DNA of 64,000 nucleotides from Desulfobacteraceae bacterium (GCA_021737045.1 JAIPES010000002.1:4641-68640), one strand, 5' to 3'; numbered from the stretch's first letter, positions 27,282 to 36,199 are shown. The notes: generated by a model from the sequence alone, not told the origin. A program made the numbers and translations.

Positions 27282-27926
27282 ATGGAAACCATATGGATTA
27301 TCGGCTGCGGCAGATTCGGCCGGATTGCACTGGAAAGGCTTGCTTCAGGCAAGCGCATCACCAGATTCGTGGTGGTGGAACCAAAGCCTGAGCATTTTCC
27401 AGAGCCCGGGGCAAATGTGGAAATTGTCCGTCAGGACGGGGTGGATTTTCTAAAGCAGCATCTGTCCGGGCAAAACATTGCGGACTGGATCATTCCCGCC
27501 CTTCCCGCGCATTTGGCTGCGCTTTGGCTCATGGCCGATGCTGCACCGGCACAAATCCGGCGCTGTGACCCGCCCGAAGGCCTGGAAAAACAACTGCCCA
27601 ACCCCATGTTCGGCCATACCGGGGATATCTACACAAGCATGGCGGATTTTATGTGCCCGGACAACTGCCCCGAGCCGGCGGATTACTGCCCTCCCACCGG
27701 TAAAAAACGGGAACAGAACCTGTTTGAATGGCTGGAAAAAATGGAATTTGCGGAATTTGAAATCCGGGTGATCCGAAGCCATCAGCTTGCCCCGGGCGTG
27801 GGCGGTTACAAACCCGAATCCCTGCTTGACCTCAAGCAAAAAGTGTCCCCAAAACCCGGCAAACACCTGATTGCCACCGCATGCAGATGCCACGGTGTTA
27901 TCACGCCGGTATTGATGCAGGCATAA
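27282..27926 (+). CDS. Uncharacterised NAD(P)-binding (TrkA-N-like) protein with a Cys-rich C-terminus
   Basis: IIGCGRFG Rossmann motif; CPDNCPEP..YC and TACRCHG; GGAG RBS. Confidence 0.7.
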   Translation: METIWIIGCGRFGRIALERLASGKRITRFVVVEPKPEHFPEPGANVEIVRQDGVDFLKQHLSGQNIADWIIPALPAHLAALWLMADAAPAQIRRCDPPEGLEKQLPNPMFGHTGDIYTSMADFMCPDNCPEPADYCPPTGKKREQNLFEWLEKMEFAEFEIRVIRSHQLAPGVGGYKPESLLDLKQKVSPKPGKHLIATACRCHGVITPVLMQA

Positions 27927-27942
27927 CAGGTCACAGATATTT

Positions 27943-28539
27943 TTATATCCCTCCTGTGGCCGCAAATTTGTCCATAACCAGCCAGGTTTTCACATCCACC
28001 TTGAGATCCGGATCAGCGCACAGACCTGCGGCCTCTTTTGGGGACAAAAAAACGGTTTCAATGTCTTCTGCACTGCCGGTATTGCCGTCAGACGGCTGGC
28101 CCTCACAGTCGAGATACACCATGACAATGGATTCGTCTGTAAGGCCTGATGAGACATATATGGGCGGGCTGGTGCGGCGGATGCCGGTGGCCTTCAGACC
28201 GGTTTCCTCCCCGAGTTCCCGGACCGCACTTTGCGCCGGGCTTTCACCCGGATCCACCAGCCCGGCGGGAAATCCGTACTGGTAGTCGTTTAACGGCATC
28301 CGGAACTCCCGGATCACAACCAGCTTGCCGCTGGGCACATGCCAGGCCACGATAATAACCGCATCCACAATGTCAAATCCGCCGGTTTCAATCTTGGGCA
28401 GGTTCTGCCGGGAGACAAAATCCCAGCGCCTTTCATTGCCGTTTTTGTCCGAATACCGGATTTCAAACAGGTTGACAAACCTGCGGTCTGTCAAAGCGGT
28501 CTGGCCAAAAATCCGGATTTTTTGATTGCCTGCACTCAT
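27943..28539 (-). CDS. NUDIX hydrolase (ADP-ribose pyrophosphatase-like)
   Basis: Nudix box PAGLVDPGES...SAVRELGEETG. Confidence 0.9.
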   Translation of the reverse strand: MSAGNQKIRIFGQTALTDRRFVNLFEIRYSDKNGNERRWDFVSRQNLPKIETGGFDIVDAVIIVAWHVPSGKLVVIREFRMPLNDYQYGFPAGLVDPGESPAQSAVRELGEETGLKATGIRRTSPPIYVSSGLTDESIVMVYLDCEGQPSDGNTGSAEDIETVFLSPKEAAGLCADPDLKVDVKTWLVMDKFAATGGI

Positions 28540-28603
28540 TATCGAACCTTGTTTAGGGTGACAGCAAAAAACGGAAATAAGGCCAAAAACATTACGCTGC
28601 TGT

Positions 28604-29023
28604 TTAGGAAACAGGTTGCCGGAATGAATACAGGCTTTTATTTTGATCGCGCTGCCTGCGGTTATGATAAACTTTTACAAATGCAACAACAGCCTTTTTA
28701 TGTTGTTCTTCGGAGCCTTTGAATTCAATCCCGGTTAAATGGCAGCCCGGCGTATCTGATTTCCGGGTATTTGCCACCCGGCCTTTGACTTTTACCTTTT
28801 TTCCGTTCAAATCAAGTGTGATCAGCATAATGCAGGAGCCATTCAATGGTCTTTCTGTTTCCAAAAGGATGCCGTTTTGGCTCAGGTCCAGGGCTTTTGC
28901 ACTGCCTTGATCCGTTACTTCCCTGTTGTCATCGAAAAGAATGTAGCCGACATCGTTTTCAGTCTGTATTCGAGGGCTTTTTCGTCTGTCCGCAATCGTT
29001 TTTGCGCTTTGCTGGCTATCCAT
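28604..29023 (-). CDS. PilZ-domain protein
   Basis: RRKSPR and DLSQNG c-di-GMP-binding motifs; GIEF. Confidence 0.85.
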   Translation of the reverse strand: MDSQQSAKTIADRRKSPRIQTENDVGYILFDDNREVTDQGSAKALDLSQNGILLETERPLNGSCIMLITLDLNGKKVKVKGRVANTRKSDTPGCHLTGIEFKGSEEQHKKAVVAFVKVYHNRRQRDQNKSLYSFRQPVS

Positions 29024-29154
29024 TTAATGCACCTTTACACTGAATTCCATGGACAAAGAAAATTTCAGTTGAACTCAATATCATTTAATTTAACCCTGTT
29101 CAAGCATTATGACTATTTTTCTCAACGGCAGACAGGCTGGCATCGGCTATTTTG

Positions 29155-29712
29155 TTAAACGCTGGCTGAAGATCTCTGGCTTCCAAGCGCTATTCCCATG
29201 TGCAGGGCCTTGAGGTTGGCTTCCCGGAATCTTTCATCAAAGCGGCCGGCCACGGCTGATTCCAGGCTGGGGGTGGAAACGATTTGAGTCAGGGCGGCCA
29301 CGGCACCGAGCACGCAGATATTCAGCCCCCGGGTATTGCCCATCTCCTGTTTGACCTGATCCTGAAACGCCAGCTGCGCCAGACGGGCTTCAGCGCTTTT
29401 GTCCACTTTGACCAGGGCGGTGTCAGTGATCAGCAGGCCGCCGGGGCGGATGGTGGGATGGTATTTGTTGTATGCGGTCTGGGTCAGGCAGACCAGGACA
29501 TTGGGCTGGACCACCTTGGGGTAGTAAACGGGCTTGTCCCAGATGATCACATCGCTTCTGGCAGCCCCGCCCCGGGCCTGGGCCCCGTAGCTCTGGGACT
29601 GGACCGCGTTTAAGCCCTCGTGGAGGACAGCGGCTTCTGCCAGCAGAATAGCCGCGGTGATAATGCCCTGCCCCCCGGAACCGGAAAAAACCAGCCTGCA
29701 CTTTTCCATCAT
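29155..29712 (-). CDS. korC: 2-oxoacid:ferredoxin oxidoreductase gamma subunit
   Basis: Motifs SGSGGQG and QSYG.QARGG..RSDV. Confidence 0.88.
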   Translation of the reverse strand: MMEKCRLVFSGSGGQGIITAAILLAEAAVLHEGLNAVQSQSYGAQARGGAARSDVIIWDKPVYYPKVVQPNVLVCLTQTAYNKYHPTIRPGGLLITDTALVKVDKSAEARLAQLAFQDQVKQEMGNTRGLNICVLGAVAALTQIVSTPSLESAVAGRFDERFREANLKALHMGIALGSQRSSASV

Positions 29713-29720
29713 GCCTTCTT

Positions 29721-30527
29721 TTACGTCTGCTTTTGTTGGTTTTTTTCGATGACTTTTTCGTACTCCCGGCAGTATTCCGGAAGCTCTTTTTTCACAAACA
29801 CGCCCCGCTCGATCAGATCCGGGTCCTGATTCTTTTTTTCAGAACCCACGGCCACAGTGCGATTCTTATAGGTCTCCATCATTTCCGGGGCATCCCCGGC
29901 CCGGTTATAGCGTCCAAAATACGTGGGACACTGGGTGAGCACCTCGAGCACGGAAAAACCCTCATGCAAAATGGCATCCCGGATCAGGCGGGAAAGTTCA
30001 TGCACATGATAGGTTGTGGTCCGGGCCACGAATGTGGCCCCTGCCGCCTCGGAGAGTTTTGCAATGTCAAAGCCGTGATCAATGTTGCCATAGGGCGCAG
30101 TGGAGGCCGCGGCCGCATAACCCGACAGCGGGGAGAATTGCCCGCCGGTCATCCCGTAAATCCGGTTGTTCATGACAATGGCCGTCATTTCGATATTGCG
30201 CCGGGCGGCATGCAGAAAATGATTTCCCCCAATGGCCAGGGCGTCTCCGTCGCCCATGGGAACGATCACGTTTAGCTCCGGCCGGCTCATTTTGATGCCC
30301 GTTGCAAAAGCCAGGGCCCGGCCGTGGATGGTGTGCATGGAGTGGAAATCCACATAACCGGAAATCCGCGCCGAGCAGCCGATGCCCGAAACCATGACGA
30401 TTTCGTTTTTGCTCATGCCCAGCGATTCCACAGCCCGGATCATGGCGTTTAACACCACCCCGTGCCCGCAGCCCGGACACCACATATGCGGGAAAAACCG
30501 TTCGCGGATATAGTCTTTGACAGACAT
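29721..30527 (-). CDS. korB: 2-oxoacid:ferredoxin oxidoreductase beta subunit
   Basis: WCPGCG, SGIGCS, HGRA and the TPP motif GDGD...NN..YGMTGGQ.SP. Confidence 0.92.
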   Translation of the reverse strand: MSVKDYIRERFFPHMWCPGCGHGVVLNAMIRAVESLGMSKNEIVMVSGIGCSARISGYVDFHSMHTIHGRALAFATGIKMSRPELNVIVPMGDGDALAIGGNHFLHAARRNIEMTAIVMNNRIYGMTGGQFSPLSGYAAAASTAPYGNIDHGFDIAKLSEAAGATFVARTTTYHVHELSRLIRDAILHEGFSVLEVLTQCPTYFGRYNRAGDAPEMMETYKNRTVAVGSEKKNQDPDLIERGVFVKKELPEYCREYEKVIEKNQQKQT

Positions 30528-30542
30528 CAAATCACCTTGAAA

Positions 30543-31691
30543 TTATACGCCTTTGCCATGCAGCAGCCGCAGGATGTTCTGGATATCCGTGGGGGAAATC
30601 AACTGGCCGTCAATGCGGTTGGCAAGATACACCCGCTCGGGCCGGTCCACGGCCAGCTTTACTTCCCGGATCACCTGTCCGGTGTTTAATTCCACCACCA
30701 CGATATAATCGGCATTTTTGCAGACCTTGCGAACCACATCCCCGGGAAACGGCCAAAGCGTCTGCAGTTCCAACAGGCCCAGCCTTTCGCCGCGCTTGCG
30801 GCGGTTTTCCACCAGGTGACGGGCCGAACGGGCGGCCGCACCGTAGGAAACCAGAACCGTGTGGGCATCTTCGATGTGATCCTGCCGAAAAAAAGTCATA
30901 TTGCCGGTATAATTCTGAATTTTGTCCATGAGATGCCGGATCAGGCCGTAGACAATTTTGGGATCATCTGAAGGAAAGCCCCACATATCATGATACAACC
31001 CTGTGACATTGTAGCGGTGCACCCCGCCGAAATCCGACATGGGCAGCCGCCCGTCTTCCCGGGGCAGATAGGGGTGATAGTCCACCCCGCTTTCAACAGA
31101 TGTCCTGAGCCGCTCCACCAGGGAGATTTCACCCTTTTCGGGAATCACCACCTTTTCGCGCATGTGGCCGGTGACCTCGTCAAACAGCAGAATCACCGGA
31201 GTGCGGAAAGTCTCGGCAATGTTGAAGGCCTCCACGGTGATGGCAAACATGTCCTGGTGATTGGAGGCGGTCAGGGCGACAATGGCATGATCGCCGTGGG
31301 TGCCATAGCGGGCCTGATTGACATCGCCCTGCCCCACATGGGTGGGAAGGCCGGTGGACGGACCGCCGCGCTGCACATCCACGATTACGCAGGGAATCTC
31401 GGTCATCACGGCATAGCCCAGGGCTTCCTGCATCAGGGAAAAGCCGGGGCCGCTGGTGGCGGTCATGGCCTTGCGGCCGGTCAAGGATGCCCCGATAATG
31501 GCGCAGATGGAGGAAATCTCGTCTTCCATCTGCAAAAACCGCCCCCCGATCTGCGGCAGCCGGGCGGACATGGCTTCGGCAATCTCGGTGGAAGGCGTGA
31601 TGGGGTAGCCGGCAAAAAACTCCAGGCCCGCATAAAGGGCGGCCTCCACGCAGACCTCGTTTCCCTGGATGAATTTCACTTTGCCCTGCAT
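30543..31691 (-). CDS. korA: 2-oxoacid:ferredoxin oxidoreductase alpha subunit
   Basis: Motifs GYPITPSTEI, QMEDE, TSGPG.SL and QRGGPSTG.PT. Confidence 0.92.
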   Translation of the reverse strand: MQGKVKFIQGNEVCVEAALYAGLEFFAGYPITPSTEIAEAMSARLPQIGGRFLQMEDEISSICAIIGASLTGRKAMTATSGPGFSLMQEALGYAVMTEIPCVIVDVQRGGPSTGLPTHVGQGDVNQARYGTHGDHAIVALTASNHQDMFAITVEAFNIAETFRTPVILLFDEVTGHMREKVVIPEKGEISLVERLRTSVESGVDYHPYLPREDGRLPMSDFGGVHRYNVTGLYHDMWGFPSDDPKIVYGLIRHLMDKIQNYTGNMTFFRQDHIEDAHTVLVSYGAAARSARHLVENRRKRGERLGLLELQTLWPFPGDVVRKVCKNADYIVVVELNTGQVIREVKLAVDRPERVYLANRIDGQLISPTDIQNILRLLHGKGV

Positions 31692-31695
31692 CAGT

Positions 31696-31905
31696 TCAAG
31701 TCTCCTGACATTCGACTTCAATGGCAAGGTCCGGGCACCTGTATTCGCACATGCGGCAGCAGATACAGGCTTCCGGATCGGCAGGATAGGCAATGTTGTG
31801 CTCATCGAGCGCCAGAACCTGCTTGGGGCAGAAATGCACGCAAATTCCGCAACCCTTGCACCAGGTGCGTTCAATGTGATGGGCTTTTAATTTCTTTTTT
31901 GCCAT
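31696..31905 (-). CDS. korD: 2x[4Fe-4S] ferredoxin (delta subunit)
   Basis: CKGCGICVHFCP and CICCRMCEYRCPD. Confidence 0.9.
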   Translation of the reverse strand: MAKKKLKAHHIERTWCKGCGICVHFCPKQVLALDEHNIAYPADPEACICCRMCEYRCPDLAIEVECQET

Positions 31906-32012
31906 TTTCCAAGCTCCGCGATTCATGAAACAGCATTGTGCCTCTGTCCGCCCAAAAAATCAAGTTTCATTTCAGCGGCAGATTCTTATTGGCCCAATCA
32001 CGGAGTCAGAAT

Positions 32013-32308
32013 TGATGGCACCGTAAAAAGCTTTTTACCGCGTCCGATGTTGTTGCAGGAAGGAAGCCCTGCGGCCGGGGTCAGTTTTTTCGCTCCTGAC
32101 CGTTTACGGAGGTTTCCGTAAACGCTCAATGTCGCTTCAAAAACCGACCCCGTCCTTGGACTTCCTTGGAAGTCTGATTTCAGATGGCGCCGTAAAAAGT
32201 TCAAGGTCAAGGCTTGCGCAATTTCGAAGAATGCAGCGTACTTAGCCGTACGTGAAATTCTGAGAAATTGCGTGTAACGCAGATATTGGACTTTTTACGG
32301 TGCCATCA
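32013..32308. mobile_element. Non-autonomous MITE-like element, copy A (296 bp)
   Basis: Perfect 18-bp TIR TGATGGCACCGTAAAAAG; GAAT duplicated on both flanks; the internal ~127-bp unit is shared with 35353-35477. Confidence 0.75.
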
Positions 32309-32432
32309 GAATTGCGGATTCCATCAGTCAGCCCGGTATCACATCATCAGTATTGGTACTCGTGAAAGTTGACTGCGCCGGTATCAATACATTGCAGCCG
32401 CCTTTTGAAAACAAAGCCCGGATAAACAAAAA

Positions 32433-32464
32433 TCCGGCAACCGGTCTTTGCGCCGGTTGCCGGA
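32433..32464. terminator. GC-rich hairpin, possibly a bidirectional terminator
   Basis: 12-bp perfect stem TCCGGCAACCGG/CCGGTTGCCGGA with A-rich and T-rich flanks; no gene ends next to it. Confidence 0.4.
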
Positions 32465-32469
32465 ATGTT

Positions 32470-32601
32470 TGATGGCACCGCAAAAAGGCCCAAATCGGAT
32501 ATAACCGCTAATCAATGAAGAAATAAGTAACGATTTTACTTAACACTTAATCACTTAAAACTTAACACTGCCTGTAAAAAAGACTTTTTACAGGCTCATC
32601 A
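32470..32601. mobile_element. Degenerate element with the same TIR family, carrying heptamer repeats (copy C)
   Basis: TGATGGCACCGCAAAAAG ... CTTTTTACAGGCTCATCA; no matching TSD. Confidence 0.5.
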
Positions 32602-32732
32602 ATTGTCAGCAGTAGAAACTGCGGTTATATCATTTTTTGAAAATATATTATTTTTATGAACTATTATGATTGACAAAACTATCTTGATGTTGTTAACTGG
32701 TTTCAAACACGCTTTCAGAAAAAGGCAGGGCA

Positions 32733-33200
32733 ATGATTCAGGATCTTTTTACAAACATCGCCAGGTTAAGCATCAAGATGCGGATTTACCGGGCCATTGA
32801 GGCTGCGGGAAGCGAGGCCGGAGAGCTCAAGGACCGGGAGATGCTGATTCTTGAAATCCTCAGCACCCAGGGGCCCATGAGCATGAGCGACCTGCTTCGC
32901 TTTTTTCCCGGAGTCAGGCAGAGCACCCTGTCCACGGATGTCAAACGCCTCAGATCAGAACTGGAAATGGTGGACATGAAAGTGGACCGAAACGACATGC
33001 GGGTGCACTTAATTGAGCTGTCACAGAAAGGCCGTGAAAAGGTTGCGGAGATCAAGGCCCGGCAGGCCAGAAGCTATAAGCCCCTGGCCGCCGCCATTGG
33101 CGATGAGCCGGATGAAATTGCCGTATTGCAGCGTGTGGTGGACCGGGCCATTGAACTGGTGGACCGGGAAATCACCCGGCACGCGGAATCCCGGGATTAA
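32733..33200 (+). CDS. MarR-family transcriptional regulator
   Basis: Winged-HTH pattern L...E..IL..L...GP..MSDL...QSTLS..VKRL, D.R...I.LS.KG. Confidence 0.85.
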   Translation: MIQDLFTNIARLSIKMRIYRAIEAAGSEAGELKDREMLILEILSTQGPMSMSDLLRFFPGVRQSTLSTDVKRLRSELEMVDMKVDRNDMRVHLIELSQKGREKVAEIKARQARSYKPLAAAIGDEPDEIAVLQRVVDRAIELVDREITRHAESRD

Positions 33201-33252
33201 CCGGCACCATATCCCGGGTGGACTGAAAGCACGAAAAAAAAGGAGACAAAAA

Positions 33253-33690
33253 ATGAAAAAGATATTGACTGTGCTTCTCGTTGCGGTCTGCCTGGTGGCT
33301 TTTGCCGGCACATCCGCATCTGCCGGAGACAAACAGCGCCATCGGTGGGAAGGCGTTGCCATCGGGGTGGGTGCGGCCATTGTCGGCCATGCCATTATCA
33401 GCAGCTACTACAACAGCGGCCCGGACCATGTCACCGTGATCCACCAAAACCGGGGTCACCGGGCATACCCGCCGCCGCGCTACAGCCGGGGTCACTCAAG
33501 GGCCCGGGGCCACTGGAAAGCCCGGAGCCACAGCCGGTACGAGAAAAAAGGCCCGGTTTATTACGAGGAAAGACACGTGAAGATCATCCGGAAGGGTTTC
33601 GCTCAACAGAGATCCCGAGCTTCTGCATACGGTGGCGCAAGGTACTGTAATGAAGGCCCAAAATCTCGGCGGCACCACCGGGTCCGCTGA
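33253..33690 (+). CDS. Secreted hypothetical protein (Gly-zipper-like, Arg/His-rich)
   Basis: AAGGAG RBS; signal peptide MKKILTVLLVAV...ASA; WEGVAIGVGAAIVG. Confidence 0.7.
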   Translation: MKKILTVLLVAVCLVAFAGTSASAGDKQRHRWEGVAIGVGAAIVGHAIISSYYNSGPDHVTVIHQNRGHRAYPPPRYSRGHSRARGHWKARSHSRYEKKGPVYYEERHVKIIRKGFAQQRSRASAYGGARYCNEGPKSRRHHRVR

Positions 33691-35140
33691 TCTTGCCGTT
33701 TGTGGTCTTCAGCACCCGGCGGATGTGTTCGGCCATCACCTCATCTAAAGTCGGCATGGGGCCGGATTCCCGCAGTTCGTCCGTATCCTGCAAAAGCGAC
33801 GCATTTTTCCGGAAAAATCCGGAAAAGGAAATCCGGCCCCCCTGGTATTGAATCAGGGCCCTTTCCACGAGATTTTCCAGTTCCCTGACATTGCCGGGCC
33901 AGTCATGGGCCAGCAGCTGACGCAAAGCCCCGTTCTGCAGCTCAGGAGGCTGCTTGATTTTCAACTCTTGTGCCTTTTTTTGCATGAAAAAATTCACCAG
34001 CTCGGGAATATCTTCCTTTCGCTCGCGCAGGGGCGGGATGGAAATGGGGAACACATTGAGCCGGAACCACAAATCCTGCCGGAAACATCCGTCTGCCACC
34101 ATGTCCTGAAGGTTGCGGTGGGTGGCGGATAAAATGCGGACATTGACGGCAATCTCCCTGGACCCGCCCACTCTTTCAATGACTTTTTCCTGCAGCACCC
34201 GCAGCAGGCGAACCTGTGCCTGGGGGGAAAGCTCTCCGATTTCATCCAGAAAAATGGTGCCCCGGTCGGCCCTTTCAAACCGTCCTTTTTTTCTTTCAAC
34301 AGCACCGGTAAACGCCCCTTTTTCATGCCCGAACAATTCACTGTCCATGAGACTTTCGGCAATGGCCCCGCAGTTGACCTTGATTAACGGTCCGTTTCGC
34401 CTGTGGGAATGGTTATGAATAAAATTGGCGATCACTTCCTTGCCCACCCCGGTTTCGCCCAGAATCAAAACCGGGCTGTCCAGCCCGGCCACCTGCCGGG
34501 CCATTTCCGTAACCTGATGCAATCCCTGGTCTGCACCAATGATCTCAGTCTCTGTCTTTTCATGCAGCCGCGCGTGAAGATGACGGATATCATCTGTGAG
34601 CTGCCGGTTTAACTCAAGCACCTCCCGGTGCTGCAGCACATTGGACATGGCAATGGCCACGGGCTCATGGAGAATCTGCAGCAGCTCGGCCTGCTCCCTG
34701 GTGTACTGGTTACGGCCGGCCGTCGACACCCAGAGGCCCCCGATACGGTTTCCCTCCAGTTCCAGCCGGATCATGATAAAGGAAATGTCGGTGTCCAGGC
34801 CCAGCCGGGTGAACAAGTCCAGCAGGTCCGGATCCTGCTCCAGGTTATTGACCACCATATAGGCTTCCAGGTCCACCTGTTTTTGGATCCACCTGGCCCG
34901 CATCTCCCGGGTGTCGGGCAGCGAGACTTCCCGGCCGTATTTTTCCGCGGTTTTTGAAATTTTTCCCGCAATATTGCGGATCATGTTTTTCTGCGGGTCA
35001 AACAGCACCAGAGATATAAAGCCGGCGGGCAAATACTGATTTACATACTGCTGCATCCGTTTCAGGGCCACTTCAATATCCAAACTGCTGCAAATCCGGA
35101 CAGTGGCCTGCCGAAAAAATTCATTGCCATCCACCTGCAT
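33584..35140 (-). CDS. Sigma-54-dependent enhancer-binding protein (GAF-AAA+-HTH, FhlA-like)
   Basis: Motifs GETGVGKE, ELFGHEKGAFTGA, FLDEIGE and WPGNVREL; C-terminal Fis HTH. Confidence 0.93.
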   Translation of the reverse strand: MQVDGNEFFRQATVRICSSLDIEVALKRMQQYVNQYLPAGFISLVLFDPQKNMIRNIAGKISKTAEKYGREVSLPDTREMRARWIQKQVDLEAYMVVNNLEQDPDLLDLFTRLGLDTDISFIMIRLELEGNRIGGLWVSTAGRNQYTREQAELLQILHEPVAIAMSNVLQHREVLELNRQLTDDIRHLHARLHEKTETEIIGADQGLHQVTEMARQVAGLDSPVLILGETGVGKEVIANFIHNHSHRRNGPLIKVNCGAIAESLMDSELFGHEKGAFTGAVERKKGRFERADRGTIFLDEIGELSPQAQVRLLRVLQEKVIERVGGSREIAVNVRILSATHRNLQDMVADGCFRQDLWFRLNVFPISIPPLRERKEDIPELVNFFMQKKAQELKIKQPPELQNGALRQLLAHDWPGNVRELENLVERALIQYQGGRISFSGFFRKNASLLQDTDELRESGPMPTLDEVMAEHIRRVLKTTNGKISGPGGAAEILGLHYSTLRHRMQKLGISVERNPSG

Positions 35141-35167
35141 AATATCCCCCGGATATTTAGTCATATA

Positions 35168-35199
35168 CAACCAATTTGTCATATATGACAAATTGGTTG
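35168..35199. promoter_or_regulatory. Perfect 32-bp palindrome, probable upstream activator site
   Basis: CAACCAATTTGTCATA-TATGACAAATTGGTTG, with partial core copies at about 35160 and 35201. Confidence 0.65.
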
Positions 35200-35264
35200 A
35201 TTCATATATGACAAATACAACCTTTCTTCTTTTTTACTTACTGAAATAATTTAATTTATTTTTT

Positions 35265-35280
35265 TGGCACAGATCTGGCA
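35265..35280 (+). promoter_or_regulatory. Sigma-54 (-24/-12) promoter
   Basis: TGGCAC-AGATC-TGGCA, with GG and GC 12 bp apart, downstream of the palindrome and an AT-rich tract. Confidence 0.65.
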
Positions 35281-35325
35281 TTACCACAAATAAAAGCTTT
35301 TTACGATTCTATCGAATATCAAAAA

Positions 35326-35477
35326 TGATGTGCTCGTAAAAAGTCGATTTTCAAATGGCGCCGTAAAAGTTCAAGATCAAGGCTTGCGCGATTTCGAAAA
35401 ATGCAGCGTACCTATCCGTACGTGAAATTCTGAGAAATCGCGCGTAACGCAGATATTGAACTTTTACGATGCCATCA
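35326..35477. mobile_element. Non-autonomous MITE-like element, copy B (152 bp)
   Basis: Imperfect TIRs TGATGTGCTCGTAAAAAG / CTTTTACGATGCCATCA; AAAA duplicated on both flanks; core about 90% identical to copy A. Confidence 0.75.
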
Positions 35478-35521
35478 AAAATGGCACGAATTATTATAAC
35501 ATACAATAGAGGAAAGGAGAG

Positions 35522-36166
35522 ATGACAATGAAACAATTAAAAACGGGTATGTACGTGATTCTGATGGGAGCCCTGATCTGCTCTTTGACCGCCTGTGCAG
35601 CCACCGGCAGCCGCATGGCAGCATCAACTGCCGACGACTGCGGAATGAAGCCGGGCCAAAAACTGATGATCATCGGCGTCTCCGATAATGATCAAGCAAG
35701 AAAACAATTTGAAGACGCCTTGTGTCGTGAGTTTAAAAATCAGGGAGTGGAGGCGGTTGCAAGCTATTCGGCAATCCCGGAGGCTTCCGGACTCGACCGC
35801 GAAACACTTCTGAAACAAGCCGGTAACCGGGGAATCGATTTCGTATTTCTGGCCCGGGTGGCCGGCATGGAGGAAACATATGCGTTCTCCTCCTATGATC
35901 CGGTGTTGTTCTACCTGGGCCCTGGCGATACCGGTGGTAACTGGTCTGCGCATCAGCAGCAGTATATTCGTCAAAACGCCACAGCATGGAAACATGTGAT
36001 GGTTGAAGCCCGGCTCTATGATACCAAAACCGGAAACGCCCTGTGGTCCGACACCCTGGATATCGCCAGGCCGGCAAAAAATCTTTCCGTACAAAAGGTC
36101 ATCAACAAGGCGGTCAAACAGATTCCCGGCGCCATTTCCGGGCACTGCCCGACCAACAACAGCTAG
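35522..36166 (+). CDS. Putative lipoprotein
   Basis: Lipobox LTAC; C-terminal E..LYD..TG...WS pattern; AAGGAG RBS. Confidence 0.75.
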   Translation: MTMKQLKTGMYVILMGALICSLTACAATGSRMAASTADDCGMKPGQKLMIIGVSDNDQARKQFEDALCREFKNQGVEAVASYSAIPEASGLDRETLLKQAGNRGIDFVFLARVAGMEETYAFSSYDPVLFYLGPGDTGGNWSAHQQQYIRQNATAWKHVMVEARLYDTKTGNALWSDTLDIARPAKNLSVQKVINKAVKQIPGAISGHCPTNNS

Positions 36167-36199
36167 GCCCGGGCAGGATTCCGGCTCCGTGGATAAAAA

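Noticed and set aside
31998-32210. 70-aa ORF here, and the 61-aa ORF at 35351-35536, as protein genes
   Set aside because: Both lie within or mostly within the palindromic repeat elements and have no protein-like features.
32013-35477. CRISPR array or integron attC array
   Set aside because: The repeats are not regularly spaced with unique spacers, there is no cas or integrase gene, and there are no GTTRRRY/RYYYAAC ends.
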